From: an uncultured delta proteobacterium
GTDB taxonomy: Bacteria; Desulfobacterota; Desulfuromonadia; Geobacterales; DSM-12255
Length of the DNA: 64,000 nt
Assembly (NCBI GenBank): GCA_963787125.1
Contig: CAWBBV010000016.1
Coordinates: forward strand, 160,001-224,000
Direction: 5' to 3'
The translations under genes were made by a program, and so were the position numbers. Below are positions 17,743-27,789 of the stretch, piece after piece. The notes under the pieces were generated by a model. The model saw nothing but the letters and a program-made list of their open reading frames with translations. It had not been told where the DNA came from and did no database searches. Numbering within the stretch: position 1 is the first letter of the stretch; the number at the start of each line of letters is the position of its first letter.

Positions 17743-18831
17743 CTAGCTTGGGGTGAGAAGGCTGTCAAGCCTCGCTTTAAGTCCTGCCAGTTCAAGACCG
17801 GGATAATCGAGTTGCACCAGGGCGTTGAATTTATCGGCCAGGCGCGGATCTTCTGCCGTAACCTGCTCGCTGTCGTACTGGGGGAGATGGCCGGTGATGG
17901 CAAAACAGAGCTCCGGAGAGACACCCTTCAGCTGGAGAGCCTTGTGGAGGGTAAAGCGGAAACTGTAAAAACTCTTGCGCAGGTCATTGGTGACATGCTT
18001 GCGGTTGTAACTTTCAAAAGATTGACCGTAATAGTCGCCGGTCAAAGGGATGGACTCAGCATCCCCTTTTTTGCGCAGGTCGAAAAGCAGCTCTTTTCCC
18101 AGAGCTTTGCGCCTGGCAACGAACTGCAGCAAACCCATCTCCAGAAGAAGCGGGTGTAACGGCACGATCCGACGGCTGACTTCACCCCGGATATTGGTGA
18201 CGACAACGCCGTTGTCATCCTCTTCTGTTACCAGCAGGTACGGTATCCGGTGGTTGAGATGGACATCGCCGATTTTCAGGCTGCAGATCTCCCCGTGGCG
18301 GGCCCCGGAGTAGGCGGCGATCAGCGGAACCCAGGCCAGATGCGGCCTTTCAGGGTGAACCGGCAGCGCTGCAAAAATCTTTTTCAAATCCTCGATGTCA
18401 TACGGCTTACGCCGTCCGGCCTTTTTCTCGGCAACGGTAACAGACTTGACCACATTCTGCCCGACATCCACGGCTATCAGATTATGGCGGAAAGCATACT
18501 GAAATACAGCGGTGATCTTGTCCATGTATTTGCTGTCAACCGTCCGTTTATCAAGCGTCTTGGCCGGCTTCTGCCGCAAGATTTCGGCGGCGGTCTTGCC
18601 GCGCAACTCCTCAAGCTTATGGATATTGGCCGGCCAGCGATACAGCTTGGCCTTCAAGACAACCAGATCCTGCTTGCTGTAGCAGCTTACCTCCCGGTCT
18701 CCCAGCAGCTGCAACATGGTATCGAGGGTGTCACGATAGCGCTTGCGGGTGCCTTCATCCGCCGGTTTTTCCTTTTGCAGGGCGGCACAATACTCTTCAA
18801 TCAGTTCACTCAGCAGACAAGTCGGATTCAT
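17743..18831 (-). CDS. Tyrosine recombinase-like protein with atypical catalytic motifs
   Basis: YSGARHGEICSL, SRRIVPLHP, FYSFR, ITGH; ATG 1 nt after the hypB stop. Confidence 0.75.
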   Translation of the reverse strand: MNPTCLLSELIEEYCAALQKEKPADEGTRKRYRDTLDTMLQLLGDREVSCYSKQDLVVLKAKLYRWPANIHKLEELRGKTAAEILRQKPAKTLDKRTVDSKYMDKITAVFQYAFRHNLIAVDVGQNVVKSVTVAEKKAGRRKPYDIEDLKKIFAALPVHPERPHLAWVPLIAAYSGARHGEICSLKIGDVHLNHRIPYLLVTEEDDNGVVVTNIRGEVSRRIVPLHPLLLEMGLLQFVARRKALGKELLFDLRKKGDAESIPLTGDYYGQSFESYNRKHVTNDLRKSFYSFRFTLHKALQLKGVSPELCFAITGHLPQYDSEQVTAEDPRLADKFNALVQLDYPGLELAGLKARLDSLLTPS

Positions 18832-18832
18832 C

Positions 18833-19546
18833 TTACCGTTTCTCCAGCCATTCATACCACTCTGCCATCCCCTCGCCAGACTTTGCCGACAACCGGAATA
18901 TCCTGATGCCGGGGCTGACCCGGCGCGCCATTTCAAGACACTTTTCGACATCGAAATCCAGATAGGGGAGCAGATCAATCTTGTTCAGCAGCATGACGTC
19001 GGCGGCATGGAACATCTGCGGGTATTTCAGCGGTTTATCCTCCCCCTCGGTAACGGACAGCACCACGACTTTGTGCGCCTCACCCAGATCGAAAGCGGCA
19101 GGACAGACAAGATTCCCCACATTTTCGATAAAGAGAATGTCCAGTTCAGCGGTTGGTAACTCTTCCAGGGCATGTCCGACCATATGGGCATCAAGATGGC
19201 AACCGGCTCCGGTGTTGATCTGCTTTACCGGCACCCCGGTGGCGGCAATTCTGCGCGCATCGTTGTCAGTCTGCTGATCCCCTTCAATGACCGCAGAGCG
19301 GAGCCTCCCGGAAAGATCCCGCAGAGTCCGCTCCAGGATGGTGGTCTTGCCCGAGCCGGGAGAGCTGACCAGGTTCAGGGCAAAGATGCCTTTCTCCTGG
19401 AAAAATCGGCGGTTGTCAGCAGCAAGGCGGTTGTTTTTTGCCAGGATGTCGATCTCCAGGGAGATCTTGCCGCCAGAAGCAGGCTTCTCGTGGTGATGGT
19501 GATGATTATCATGGCTATCAGTGGGACAGCCGCAGGTTGTACACAT
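18833..19546 (-). CDS. hypB: Hydrogenase nickel-insertion GTPase
   Basis: MCTTCGC, His-rich stretch, [34 protein letters not shown]. Confidence 0.95.
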   Translation of the reverse strand: MCTTCGCPTDSHDNHHHHHEKPASGGKISLEIDILAKNNRLAADNRRFFQEKGIFALNLVSSPGSGKTTILERTLRDLSGRLRSAVIEGDQQTDNDARRIAATGVPVKQINTGAGCHLDAHMVGHALEELPTAELDILFIENVGNLVCPAAFDLGEAHKVVVLSVTEGEDKPLKYPQMFHAADVMLLNKIDLLPYLDFDVEKCLEMARRVSPGIRIFRLSAKSGEGMAEWYEWLEKR

Positions 19547-19879
19547 TTACTCTACCTCCAGATCTTTTACCCTCATCTCGTCGCCACTGCGCAGGTCAAG
19601 GGCGATTGCGCCGCAGCACGGGCAGGAATCAAAATAAGTTTCTATGGTTGAAACCACTCCACAGGCACTGCAAAAGCCGGTCGCCGCAATTCTCTCCATG
19701 ACCAGCGCCGCCCCTTCCAAAAGCGTTCCTCTGGCAGCAGCCTCAAAGCAGAATTCCAGCGCCTCCGGCACAACTCCGGAAAGAGCCCCGATCTCCAGTG
19801 TGACCACCTGTATCCGTCGACCGCCGGCGTGCTGTTCGCATATCTCTACAACACCCTGAACCAGCGAGAGTTCGTGCAT
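19547..19879 (-). CDS. hypA: Hydrogenase nickel metallochaperone
   Basis: MHELS start and two CxxC motifs. Confidence 0.95.
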   Translation of the reverse strand: MHELSLVQGVVEICEQHAGGRRIQVVTLEIGALSGVVPEALEFCFEAAARGTLLEGAALVMERIAATGFCSACGVVSTIETYFDSCPCCGAIALDLRSGDEMRVKDLEVE

Positions 19880-20003
19880 AAAAGTTGATTCACTCCTTAT
19901 CGGTTTCGGCTTCGGGAGATTAATGTAGCAGAAAGGGGGCGGGATGAGAACAGCTTGTTTCAATATCTCTGCTGTTGTATAAGTAAGATTACAGGAGCGA
20001 CCC

Positions 20004-21413
20004 GTGAATCTTAACGCCAAACTTGTCATAATCATGCTGACCCTGCTTGTACTGGCGATGCTGACTCTTTTTACCCTCAACCAGGTAAGCCAGAACAAGC
20101 TGGTAAGCGAGATTCAGGAAAGTTCTACCGCCATCTCGGACATTCTGCAAAAGAGTGTTGAAGACCTTACTTCAGAAACTGAAGTGGAAACCTCCCGCTT
20201 GCCTGAATATCTCAAGGAAGCCCGCCAGAAAGGGGTTAACGAGATAAATATCATCAATACGGAAGGGGAGATCATCGACTCTTCCGATCCGGAAAAGATC
20301 GGCAAGAAGCGCGATCTGCATAAAATCGAGAAAGGGTTGAAAGCGGCGCCGGGCAAGCGGGGTGCGGGCTTGACTTCCCTGAAACCTTACAACCTGGTGG
20401 TGCCGGTCATTGTCGGCGATCAACAGCTCGGCTACGTGGAGATCGACCTGCTCTTGGACAATATCCGCGAAATCCAGCATGACAATTTTGTCCGCCGCCT
20501 GGTTGCCACCTGCGTGATTTTCGGTCTTGGCCTGATTCTGATCATCTTTCTTGCCAGGCGCTATACTCACCCTATCCAGAGGCTGGTGCTGCAAGTTCGC
20601 AAGGTTGCGGCCGGCGACCTCTCAGTTACCGTGCCGGTGGAGAGTTCCGACGAGATCGGCGAACTGGCGCAAAGTTTCAATGAGATGGTGGAACAGCTCC
20701 GGGAGAGGAAAACCCTTGAAGAGCGCCTTCATGAGGCAGAACACCTCTCCAGGGTTGGCCAGCTTGCTGCCGGAATTGCCCATGAAATCAGGAATCCGCT
20801 CAACTACATCAGCCTTGCCATCGATCACCTCAAAGATGAAATAAAATGCTCTTCTTCTGAAAAACAGGCAGAGGTCGAAAAAATAGCCACGACCATCAAG
20901 GAAGAGGTCCGTAAGGCAAACTATATGGTTCTGAACTTCATGAATTACGGGCGCCCCTTGAAACTGCGCCGCACTGACGTCTCCTATCGCACCCTTATCG
21001 ACAGGGCGCTGACTGTTCTTAATGATAAACTCAAAGAGCAGAAGGTCACGGTGACAATCGATATCCCTGCCGATCTGCCACCGCTCCACTGCGATCAGGA
21101 ACTGATGAGGAACTGTCTCTTCAACTTCATAACAAATGGTGCCCAGGCAATGCCGGACGGAGGGGAGATAACCCTCGGCGCAGCCTTTGCTGACGGGACT
21201 TTCCACCTGACCTTCAGTGACAAAGGGACCGGGATTGCCCCTGAAGACCTGGAAAAGATTTTTAAGCCGTATTTTACCACTAAAGAAGCGGGCATCGGTC
21301 TTGGTCTGGCAATAACCGACAGGATTATCCGGGAGCATGGCGGCGAAATTATTGCCGCAAGCCAGCCGGGAGCGGGGACCACATTTACCGTCCTTTTGCC
21401 GGAAGAAGCTTAG
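20004..21413 (+). CDS. HAMP sensor histidine kinase
   Basis: Two TM segments, HAMP domain, AHEIRNPL, PYFTTK..G.GLGL. Confidence 0.95.
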   Translation: MNLNAKLVIIMLTLLVLAMLTLFTLNQVSQNKLVSEIQESSTAISDILQKSVEDLTSETEVETSRLPEYLKEARQKGVNEINIINTEGEIIDSSDPEKIGKKRDLHKIEKGLKAAPGKRGAGLTSLKPYNLVVPVIVGDQQLGYVEIDLLLDNIREIQHDNFVRRLVATCVIFGLGLILIIFLARRYTHPIQRLVLQVRKVAAGDLSVTVPVESSDEIGELAQSFNEMVEQLRERKTLEERLHEAEHLSRVGQLAAGIAHEIRNPLNYISLAIDHLKDEIKCSSSEKQAEVEKIATTIKEEVRKANYMVLNFMNYGRPLKLRRTDVSYRTLIDRALTVLNDKLKEQKVTVTIDIPADLPPLHCDQELMRNCLFNFITNGAQAMPDGGEITLGAAFADGTFHLTFSDKGTGIAPEDLEKIFKPYFTTKEAGIGLGLAITDRIIREHGGEIIAASQPGAGTTFTVLLPEEA

Positions 21414-21491
21414 TAAGTTAGAAGATATTTTCTGCGCTTTTCAGGCAGAAAACAGCTTCGTTAACGCACTTATCCTGTTTATCCGGGTTAG
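21411..21491. repeat. 81-bp dispersed intergenic repeat, copy 1
   Basis: 72/81 identical to 43215-43295 by hand alignment; internal hairpin. Confidence 0.85.
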
Positions 21492-21500
21492 GAGAGGATC

Positions 21501-22865
21501 ATGTCAAGCAGCATTCTGATAGTAGACGATGAAAAGGCTCAACGGGATATCCTCCAGGCGATACTCAGCCGGGAGGGGTATCGCACTGTTACTGCCGGCA
21601 GCGGTCAGGACGCTGTCAGAATATTAAGTACCGATGAGTTCGACCTGATTCTTACCGACCTGAAAATGCAGGGGATGTCAGGGATGGAACTGCTGGAAAA
21701 GGTGCTTGCAGAGAACCCGCAGCAGTGCATTATTATCATGACAGCCCATGGGACAATCGATTCGGCAGTTGAGGCGACTCGCAAAGGGGCCTTCAACTAC
21801 CTTGAGAAACCGCTTGACCGCGAACATCTGCTCTTCACTCTGAAGCGGGCGTGTGAACATATTGCGCTGCTCAAGGAGAACAGCGCCCTCCATCGGAAGC
21901 TGGATGAAACGACCTCAATCCAGGGGATTATCGGTGACCATCCGAAGGTTAAGGAAGTTTTCCGGGTGGTCAACAAGATTGCGCCGACCAGTTCGACGGT
22001 ACTGGTCTACGGAGAGTCCGGCACCGGCAAGGAGCTGGTGGCACGAGCTATTCACGACAGAAGCCCACGCTGCAACAAACCGTTTTTTGCCATCAACTGC
22101 GCCGCCATCCCGGATGCGCTCATTGAAAGCGAGCTTTTCGGTCACGAGAAGGGCTCATTTACCGGCGCCAGCAGCAAGGAACTCGGCCTGTTTGAAGCGG
22201 CAGAAGAAGGGACGGTCTTTCTGGACGAGATCGGCGAGATGAACGTCTCACTGCAGGCCAAACTGCTGCGGGCTATCCAGGAAAAGGAGATCCGCCGGGT
22301 TGGCGGCAAGGTAAATATTCCGGTTGATGTCAGGATCATAGCTGCCACCAACAGAGACCTTGAAGGCGAGATCAAAAAGGGGCAGTTCCGCGAGGATCTC
22401 TTTTACCGTCTTAACGTCATCCGGATCACCCTGCCACCGCTGCGTGAGCGCGGCAGTGATGTGGTCACGCTGGCGGAGTTTTTTGTAAGAAAATACGCCA
22501 TAGCGACCGGCATGCCGGTGAGCGGCATTTCTAAGCCGGCCCTGAAACTCCTCCTCAACTACTCCTGGCCCGGCAACGTTCGCCAGCTTGAATCGATCAT
22601 TGAGCGGGGGGTGCTGATGGCGGAAGGGAGCAACATCACACCTGAAGACCTGCCGACAGAAGTGCAGGAACCGCTTGCAGGCGTGGGGACTCTGCCGTTT
22701 GATTTTCCTGCTGACGGAATCTCTTTTGAGGAGCTTGAGAAAGAGTTGATCATCAAGGCTATGGAGCGTGCCGACTGGATCATCACCAAGGCTGCGCCTC
22801 TCCTTAGAATGAGCTACAAAACGCTCCAGTACCGGCTGGATAAATTCGGCATCGAGAAACCTTAG
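21501..22865 (+). CDS. Sigma-54-dependent response regulator (NtrC family)
   Basis: Receiver domain, GESGTGKE, GSFTGA, FREDLFYRLNV, C-terminal HTH. Confidence 0.95.
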   Translation: MSSSILIVDDEKAQRDILQAILSREGYRTVTAGSGQDAVRILSTDEFDLILTDLKMQGMSGMELLEKVLAENPQQCIIIMTAHGTIDSAVEATRKGAFNYLEKPLDREHLLFTLKRACEHIALLKENSALHRKLDETTSIQGIIGDHPKVKEVFRVVNKIAPTSSTVLVYGESGTGKELVARAIHDRSPRCNKPFFAINCAAIPDALIESELFGHEKGSFTGASSKELGLFEAAEEGTVFLDEIGEMNVSLQAKLLRAIQEKEIRRVGGKVNIPVDVRIIAATNRDLEGEIKKGQFREDLFYRLNVIRITLPPLRERGSDVVTLAEFFVRKYAIATGMPVSGISKPALKLLLNYSWPGNVRQLESIIERGVLMAEGSNITPEDLPTEVQEPLAGVGTLPFDFPADGISFEELEKELIIKAMERADWIITKAAPLLRMSYKTLQYRLDKFGIEKP

Positions 22866-22867
22866 GC

Positions 22868-24112
22868 TTGATGAAATATCTGCTGATTATTATCCTTTTC
22901 CTGACGCTCATTTCCGGCTGTACAGTTGCTGTTCCACGGGAACAGCTTTATTATCCCCTTGCTAATGGCGACTCCGCCGAGCAGGTAAAGCTTGTCGCCA
23001 TTCCCGTGCCGGTCATTGCCGCCAGTCCCAACGAAGGTGTTACCTCCGGAGCACTGGCCGCCTTTCTGCTCCACAACAAAAACGATGAGGTCACCTCGCT
23101 TATTGCCCCGCAGCTGAATTTCAACCCTAATTTCGGGACTACCTATACTCTTTACGGGGCTTTTTATCCGAACCATCTGCGCAGCGCCGAGATAAATCTT
23201 TCTCACTCGACCAGAATCAATGAGGATTACGAAGTAAAGCTCAGAGATCTGTCCTTGTTAGACGGAAAACTTGAAACCAATCTCTTTGTCTACCGTTTCA
23301 GCGACGGCTCTGCCCGCTTTTTCGGGATCGGTGCCGGCTCTGACGCAAAGAGTGAAACAAACTTTGCCGCAATAGAAAACGGCTTCACCATCACCGGCGG
23401 CTATCTGCTCACTAACGATATTTCCCTGCAGGTCGGGGAACGCTTGCGCCAGGTAAGGATTGCCCAGGGGGCGGTTGTCTCCCTTCCCAACATTAAAAGC
23501 AACTTCACCGAAAATGATGCTCCGGGCATTAACGGCTTTACGACCCACGGGCAGAAGATCGCTCTGCTGTACAATACTCTCGACTCTGCCACAATGCCGC
23601 TTTCCGGATTATATGGCAAAGTATCGGCAGAGTTTAGTGCAAGGGCCTTGGGGAGTGAAACCGATTATCGCCGCTATGAAGTAGAAGCAAAGGGACTGTT
23701 TCCCCATGACCGTGACAAGCGTTTTATTACCGCCTGCAGAGGGCTTTACAGCCAGGTTACCAGCAGCAACACCCCTTTTCTGGAGCAGAGTATTCTTGGC
23801 GGAGAAAATAGTCTGCGCGGCTACGGTAAAAACCGCTTTGTCGACAGAGCGGCACTCGTCCTGAATCTTGAAGAGCGGATCAGGCTTTTCAGGTGGAACC
23901 TGTTCGACGTCAATGCTGACTGGGAGCTGGCGCCGTTCCTTGATGTCGGCACTGTCATGAGCTCCCTTGGCGGACTAAAGAGTGGAGACTTCAGATTTAC
24001 CCCCGGTTTTGGCGTCAGGGCTGTAGTCAGACCTAACATAGTCGGTCGGCTGGATATCGGTTTCGGGGGTGAAGGTGCAGCGGTGTTCGTCGGCCTCGGT
24101 TATCCGTTTTAA
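22868..24112 (+). CDS. BamA/TamA (Omp85)-like outer-membrane barrel lipoprotein
   Basis: Lipobox ISGC; LGG..SLRGY..NRF; C-terminal Phe. Confidence 0.8.
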   Translation: MMKYLLIIILFLTLISGCTVAVPREQLYYPLANGDSAEQVKLVAIPVPVIAASPNEGVTSGALAAFLLHNKNDEVTSLIAPQLNFNPNFGTTYTLYGAFYPNHLRSAEINLSHSTRINEDYEVKLRDLSLLDGKLETNLFVYRFSDGSARFFGIGAGSDAKSETNFAAIENGFTITGGYLLTNDISLQVGERLRQVRIAQGAVVSLPNIKSNFTENDAPGINGFTTHGQKIALLYNTLDSATMPLSGLYGKVSAEFSARALGSETDYRRYEVEAKGLFPHDRDKRFITACRGLYSQVTSSNTPFLEQSILGGENSLRGYGKNRFVDRAALVLNLEERIRLFRWNLFDVNADWELAPFLDVGTVMSSLGGLKSGDFRFTPGFGVRAVVRPNIVGRLDIGFGGEGAAVFVGLGYPF

Positions 24113-24236
24113 TCCAATTTCAAAGCAGAGATGCCATCAAGTCGGTGAGGATTGAGGCGACGAAGGCATACATTGTGAGTATGTTGAGGAGCCGAAGACG
24201 AACCAACGCAGATGGCGCTTTGGTTTGGAATTGGAT
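24112..24236. repeat. Palindromic intergenic element (~125 bp)
   Basis: Imperfect terminal inverted repeats ATCCAATTTCAAAG...GCCATC / GATGGC...TTTGGAATTGGAT; central CATAC-N7-GTATG. Confidence 0.65.
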
Positions 24237-24280
24237 GCTTTTAGCTTGCCTGAGAGTCGCTCATCCGGCAGTATGGGGAA

Positions 24281-25408
24281 ATGACTATGAAATTTTTCGT
24301 TACAGCAGCAAAAGGTCTTGAGGAACTGGTCGGCGCTGAGCTCGCTGAGCTCGGGGTCAGGGGTGCAAAGATTGAACGCGGCGGCGTCTCCTTTAGCGGC
24401 AGCCTTGAAGACGGTTACCGGGCCTGCCTCTGGCTCAGAACTGCCAGCAGGGTGCTCCTGATGTTGGCCGAATTCCCCTGTGCGTCTCCTGATGAGTTGT
24501 ACGCAGGGGTCAGGACCATAGAATGGCACTCTTATCTGACGCCGGACATGACCATGGCGGTTGATGCTGTGCTCAGGGATTCGGCCATGACTCATTCAGG
24601 CTTTGTTGCCCTGAAGTCAAAAGACGCTATCGTCGACGCCATTCGTGACAAGTTTGGGCGCAGACCCAATGTGGACACAAAAAACCCTGATCTGCAGGTT
24701 AATGTTCATCTGGTAAAAAACAGCTGTACCGTCAGTCTGGATATGGCCGGCGACCCGCTTGACCGGCGCGGCTACCGACTGGACAGGAACAAGGCGCCGT
24801 TGCGGGAAAACATTGCTGCAGCCTTGGTCGCCTTCAGCGGCTGGACAGGCGAAACGCCCCTTTACGACCCGATGTGCGGCTCAGGAACTATCGTCATCGA
24901 GGCGGCGCTCAAGGCTGCCAATGCTGCACCCGGGCTCCTTAGGGAGAGATTCGGCTTTCAGAACTGGCTCGGCCACGACCCGACCGTCTGGCGCAACCTG
25001 ATATCGGCGGCAAAAGAGCTGCAAAAGCGTGAACTCCCTGTCCGCCTGACAGGCTCCGACCGCTCTCCCGGGACAATTGAAATGGCCAGGCAGAATACCT
25101 CCCGTGCCGGAACAGGGAGGTTCACAGCATTCTCAACTGCCGACATCTGTACTTTTGAGCCTTCGGTATCGCCGGCGATGATCATTTTCAACCCACCTTA
25201 CGGCGACCGGATGGGAGAGCTCGAAGAGCTTGCCTCCTTGTATCGAACCTTTGGTGATGTTCTCAAGAAACGCTGTGCCGGCTCAACCGCTTATATTCTC
25301 TGCGGCAACAGTGAACTGGTCAGACACATCGGATTGAAGGCCACCCGCAGGATACCGATATGGAACGGCCCGATCGAGTGTCGGCTGCTGAAATACGAGA
25401 TGTATTAG
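24281..25408 (+). CDS. THUMP-domain rRNA methyltransferase (RlmL-like)
   Basis: LRTASRVL, RRGYR, APLRENIAA, DPMCGSGT, NPPYG. Confidence 0.9.
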   Translation: MTMKFFVTAAKGLEELVGAELAELGVRGAKIERGGVSFSGSLEDGYRACLWLRTASRVLLMLAEFPCASPDELYAGVRTIEWHSYLTPDMTMAVDAVLRDSAMTHSGFVALKSKDAIVDAIRDKFGRRPNVDTKNPDLQVNVHLVKNSCTVSLDMAGDPLDRRGYRLDRNKAPLRENIAAALVAFSGWTGETPLYDPMCGSGTIVIEAALKAANAAPGLLRERFGFQNWLGHDPTVWRNLISAAKELQKRELPVRLTGSDRSPGTIEMARQNTSRAGTGRFTAFSTADICTFEPSVSPAMIIFNPPYGDRMGELEELASLYRTFGDVLKKRCAGSTAYILCGNSELVRHIGLKATRRIPIWNGPIECRLLKYEMY

Positions 25409-25518
25409 CTCTCAACTCCTTGTTGTGATTGGGATCACTGTTTTTTTTTGACGACAGTGTATAGTGGATGGTATAGTTACTGGACAAAATCAAATCGTAC
25501 CCGGAGGGATTTTAGACA

Positions 25519-25905
25519 ATGTTTAAACGTTCAAGAGTTATCGTACTGGCTGCATTACTTGTCAGCAGCTTGAGTGTACCTTGCGGTGCTGCTGATACCG
25601 CTTTCAAGGATTCTTTTGAGAATGCTTTTTATGGCGGTATGCTTGGCACTCTTGTAGGCGGCGCACTTCTGGTTTTCACCAAAAAACCGGGCGATCATCT
25701 TGATTATATTTATTACGGTGCTGCCGGTGGTATTCTGGGTGGAGCTGGTTATGGCGTAGTAAAATCATCCAAATCCCTTATGACAATGGAAAACGGCTCT
25801 ATAAAAGTTGCCATGCCGACTATCAGCCCCGAATTCCAGCAAGCCAGTGCAAAAGGCACTTCTGGAGTTATGTGGAAGGCTGAATTGCTAAGCGGCACGT
25901 TTTAA
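25519..25905 (+). CDS. Exported/membrane hypothetical protein (glycine-zipper-like)
   Basis: Signal peptide, GxxxG helices, GGAGG Shine-Dalgarno. Confidence 0.7.
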   Translation: MFKRSRVIVLAALLVSSLSVPCGAADTAFKDSFENAFYGGMLGTLVGGALLVFTKKPGDHLDYIYYGAAGGILGGAGYGVVKSSKSLMTMENGSIKVAMPTISPEFQQASAKGTSGVMWKAELLSGTF

Positions 25906-25924
25906 CTTTCTACAATTAAATAGT

Positions 25925-26092
25925 TTATCGATCAGGTGCCGGAATTGCTTCCGGTTAAAAGGGAAGGAGGTGTAAATCCTCCACTGTCCCGCAACTGTAA
26001 ACGGTGATGAACGCCGCAACTACGCCACTGATAATTTCGGGAAGGCGCGGCAAGTAAAGTGATCCGTAAGTCAGGAAACCTGCCTGGTTGAA
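25925..26092 (+). promoter_or_regulatory. Cobalamin riboswitch
   Basis: AGGTGCC...AAAAGGGAA.GGTGTAAATCC..ACTGTCCCGCAACTGTAA...GCCACTG...GGGAAGG...AAGTCAGGAAACCTGCC upstream of cobU. Confidence 0.95.
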
Positions 26093-26142
26093 AGCTTCAC
26101 AGTTCCTCCGCAGGAGAGGCGCCGGGCACCCATTTATTTCAT

Positions 26143-26175
26143 GACCCCGTCTCTCCCTGGAGACGGGGTTTTTTT
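26143..26175 (+). terminator. Riboswitch expression-platform terminator
   Basis: GACCCCGTCTC-loop-GAGACGGGGTT plus T-run, abutting the cobU ATG. Confidence 0.85.
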
Positions 26176-26694
26176 ATGGCACAGGTAACATTTATCACCG
26201 GTGGAGCCCGCAGCGGCAAAAGCAGATTTGCGGAAGAACTGGCATTTCGCCACGGTGAACCGCTGCTTTATATTGCGACAGCCGGCTGTGGCGACGGCGA
26301 GATGGCGACCAGGATTGAGCGGCATCAGGAGCGCCGCGGCAGCGCCTGGCAGACAATTGAGGAGCAGTACGACCTGGCCGGTGTTATTTCCGGTCATGAC
26401 GGCTGGTTCAAGGCGATCCTTGTTGACTGTGTAACCCTCTGGCTGACGAATCTGCTCCTTAAATATGAAGACAAAAGTGCTGTTCTGAAAGAAGTCAGCC
26501 GGACGACCGCGCTCTTCTCCGCTCTTAAGACGCCACTTTTTCTCGTATCAAATGAGGTCGGCATGGGGATAATCCCGGACAATCCTCTTGGTCGGACCTT
26601 CTGCGACCTCTCCGGTGAAGCAAACGAACTACTGGCCGCAGCAGCTGATGAAGTCTATGTGACTTTCTCGGGACTGCCGCTCAAACTAAAATAG
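26176..26694 (+). CDS. cobU: Adenosylcobinamide kinase/guanylyltransferase
   Basis: TGGARSGKS, DCVTLWLTN, VSNEVGMG. Confidence 0.95.
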   Translation: MAQVTFITGGARSGKSRFAEELAFRHGEPLLYIATAGCGDGEMATRIERHQERRGSAWQTIEEQYDLAGVISGHDGWFKAILVDCVTLWLTNLLLKYEDKSAVLKEVSRTTALFSALKTPLFLVSNEVGMGIIPDNPLGRTFCDLSGEANELLAAAADEVYVTFSGLPLKLK

Positions 26695-26703
26695 GGAGAA
26701 ACT

Positions 26704-27762
26704 ATGAAGATTCTGGAAACCGCTCTTGGGCAGATAAAACCTGTTGACCAGGCGTTGCTGGGAGCAGCACAGGCAAAACTCGATAACAAGACAAAGCCGC
26801 TCGGCTCACTCGGTCGCATTGAGGACTTCGGTCGCCGCGTTGCCGCCATTTGCGGCAGTTTAACCCCTGATCTAGCCAAAAAGGTTATCTTCACCTTTGC
26901 CGGTGATCACGGGGTTGTTGCTGAAGGTGTCTCCGCATTCCCGAAAGAGGTAACCCCGCAGATGGTCTTCAACTTTCTGAACGGCGGCGCCGGGGTAAAC
27001 GTGCTGGCGCGTCATGCCGGGGCTGAAGTCCGCGTTGTTGATATGGGGGTTGATTTTGACTTCGGGGCTGTTCCCGGCCTCATCGACAGAAAGATTGCCC
27101 GTGGGACAAAAAACCTTGCCAAAGAGCCGGCAATGTCCCGCGAAGAGGCAGTAGCAGCTCTTGAGGCCGGAATCATGCTCGCGCTGGACGCCAAGGCTGA
27201 AGGGGTTACACTGCTCGGCACCGGGGATATGGGAATCGGCAACACCACCCCTTCTTCAGCTATTATAGCCGCATTTTCCGGAATACCCGTGCGGGAGTTG
27301 ACCCATCGCGGCACCGGCATTAATGATGAAGCTCTTGAGAGGAAGATTCTCGCCATCGAGCACGGTCTAAGCGTAAATCGCCCTGATCCGGCAGATCCTC
27401 TCGATGTCCTTGCCAAGGTCGGCGGCTTTGAAATCGCCGGAATTGCCGGTCTGGTTCTTGGAGCAGCGGCAGCCGGTATCCCGGTTGTTATTGACGGCTT
27501 CATCTCCACAGCCGGAGCACTGATCGCCAGTGAACTGCATCCGAGTGTCAAGGAGTACATTTTTGCCGCCCATAAATCGGTGGAGGTCGGCCACACCTTC
27601 ATGCTGGAGCGACTGGATGCCGAGCCGATTCTCGATCTGCAGCTGCGTCTGGGAGAAGGTACCGGGGCAGCGCTTGCCATGACCCTGATCGAAGCAGGAG
27701 CGAAGGTGCTCTGCGAGATGGCGAGTTTTGAAGAAGCAGGCGTTTCTGAACAGAATGCGTAA
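26704..27762 (+). CDS. cobT: Nicotinate-nucleotide-benzimidazole phosphoribosyltransferase
   Basis: [30 protein letters not shown]. Confidence 0.95.
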   Translation: MKILETALGQIKPVDQALLGAAQAKLDNKTKPLGSLGRIEDFGRRVAAICGSLTPDLAKKVIFTFAGDHGVVAEGVSAFPKEVTPQMVFNFLNGGAGVNVLARHAGAEVRVVDMGVDFDFGAVPGLIDRKIARGTKNLAKEPAMSREEAVAALEAGIMLALDAKAEGVTLLGTGDMGIGNTTPSSAIIAAFSGIPVRELTHRGTGINDEALERKILAIEHGLSVNRPDPADPLDVLAKVGGFEIAGIAGLVLGAAAAGIPVVIDGFISTAGALIASELHPSVKEYIFAAHKSVEVGHTFMLERLDAEPILDLQLRLGEGTGAALAMTLIEAGAKVLCEMASFEEAGVSEQNA

Positions 27763-27789
27763 CTGCCGACCTTAAGGTAACGGAGCCAC

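Noticed and set aside
17743..18831. Prophage/ICE integrase or integron integrase
   Set aside because: No phage or conjugation genes, tRNA, att repeats or adjacent cassette array; motifs are not IntI-like
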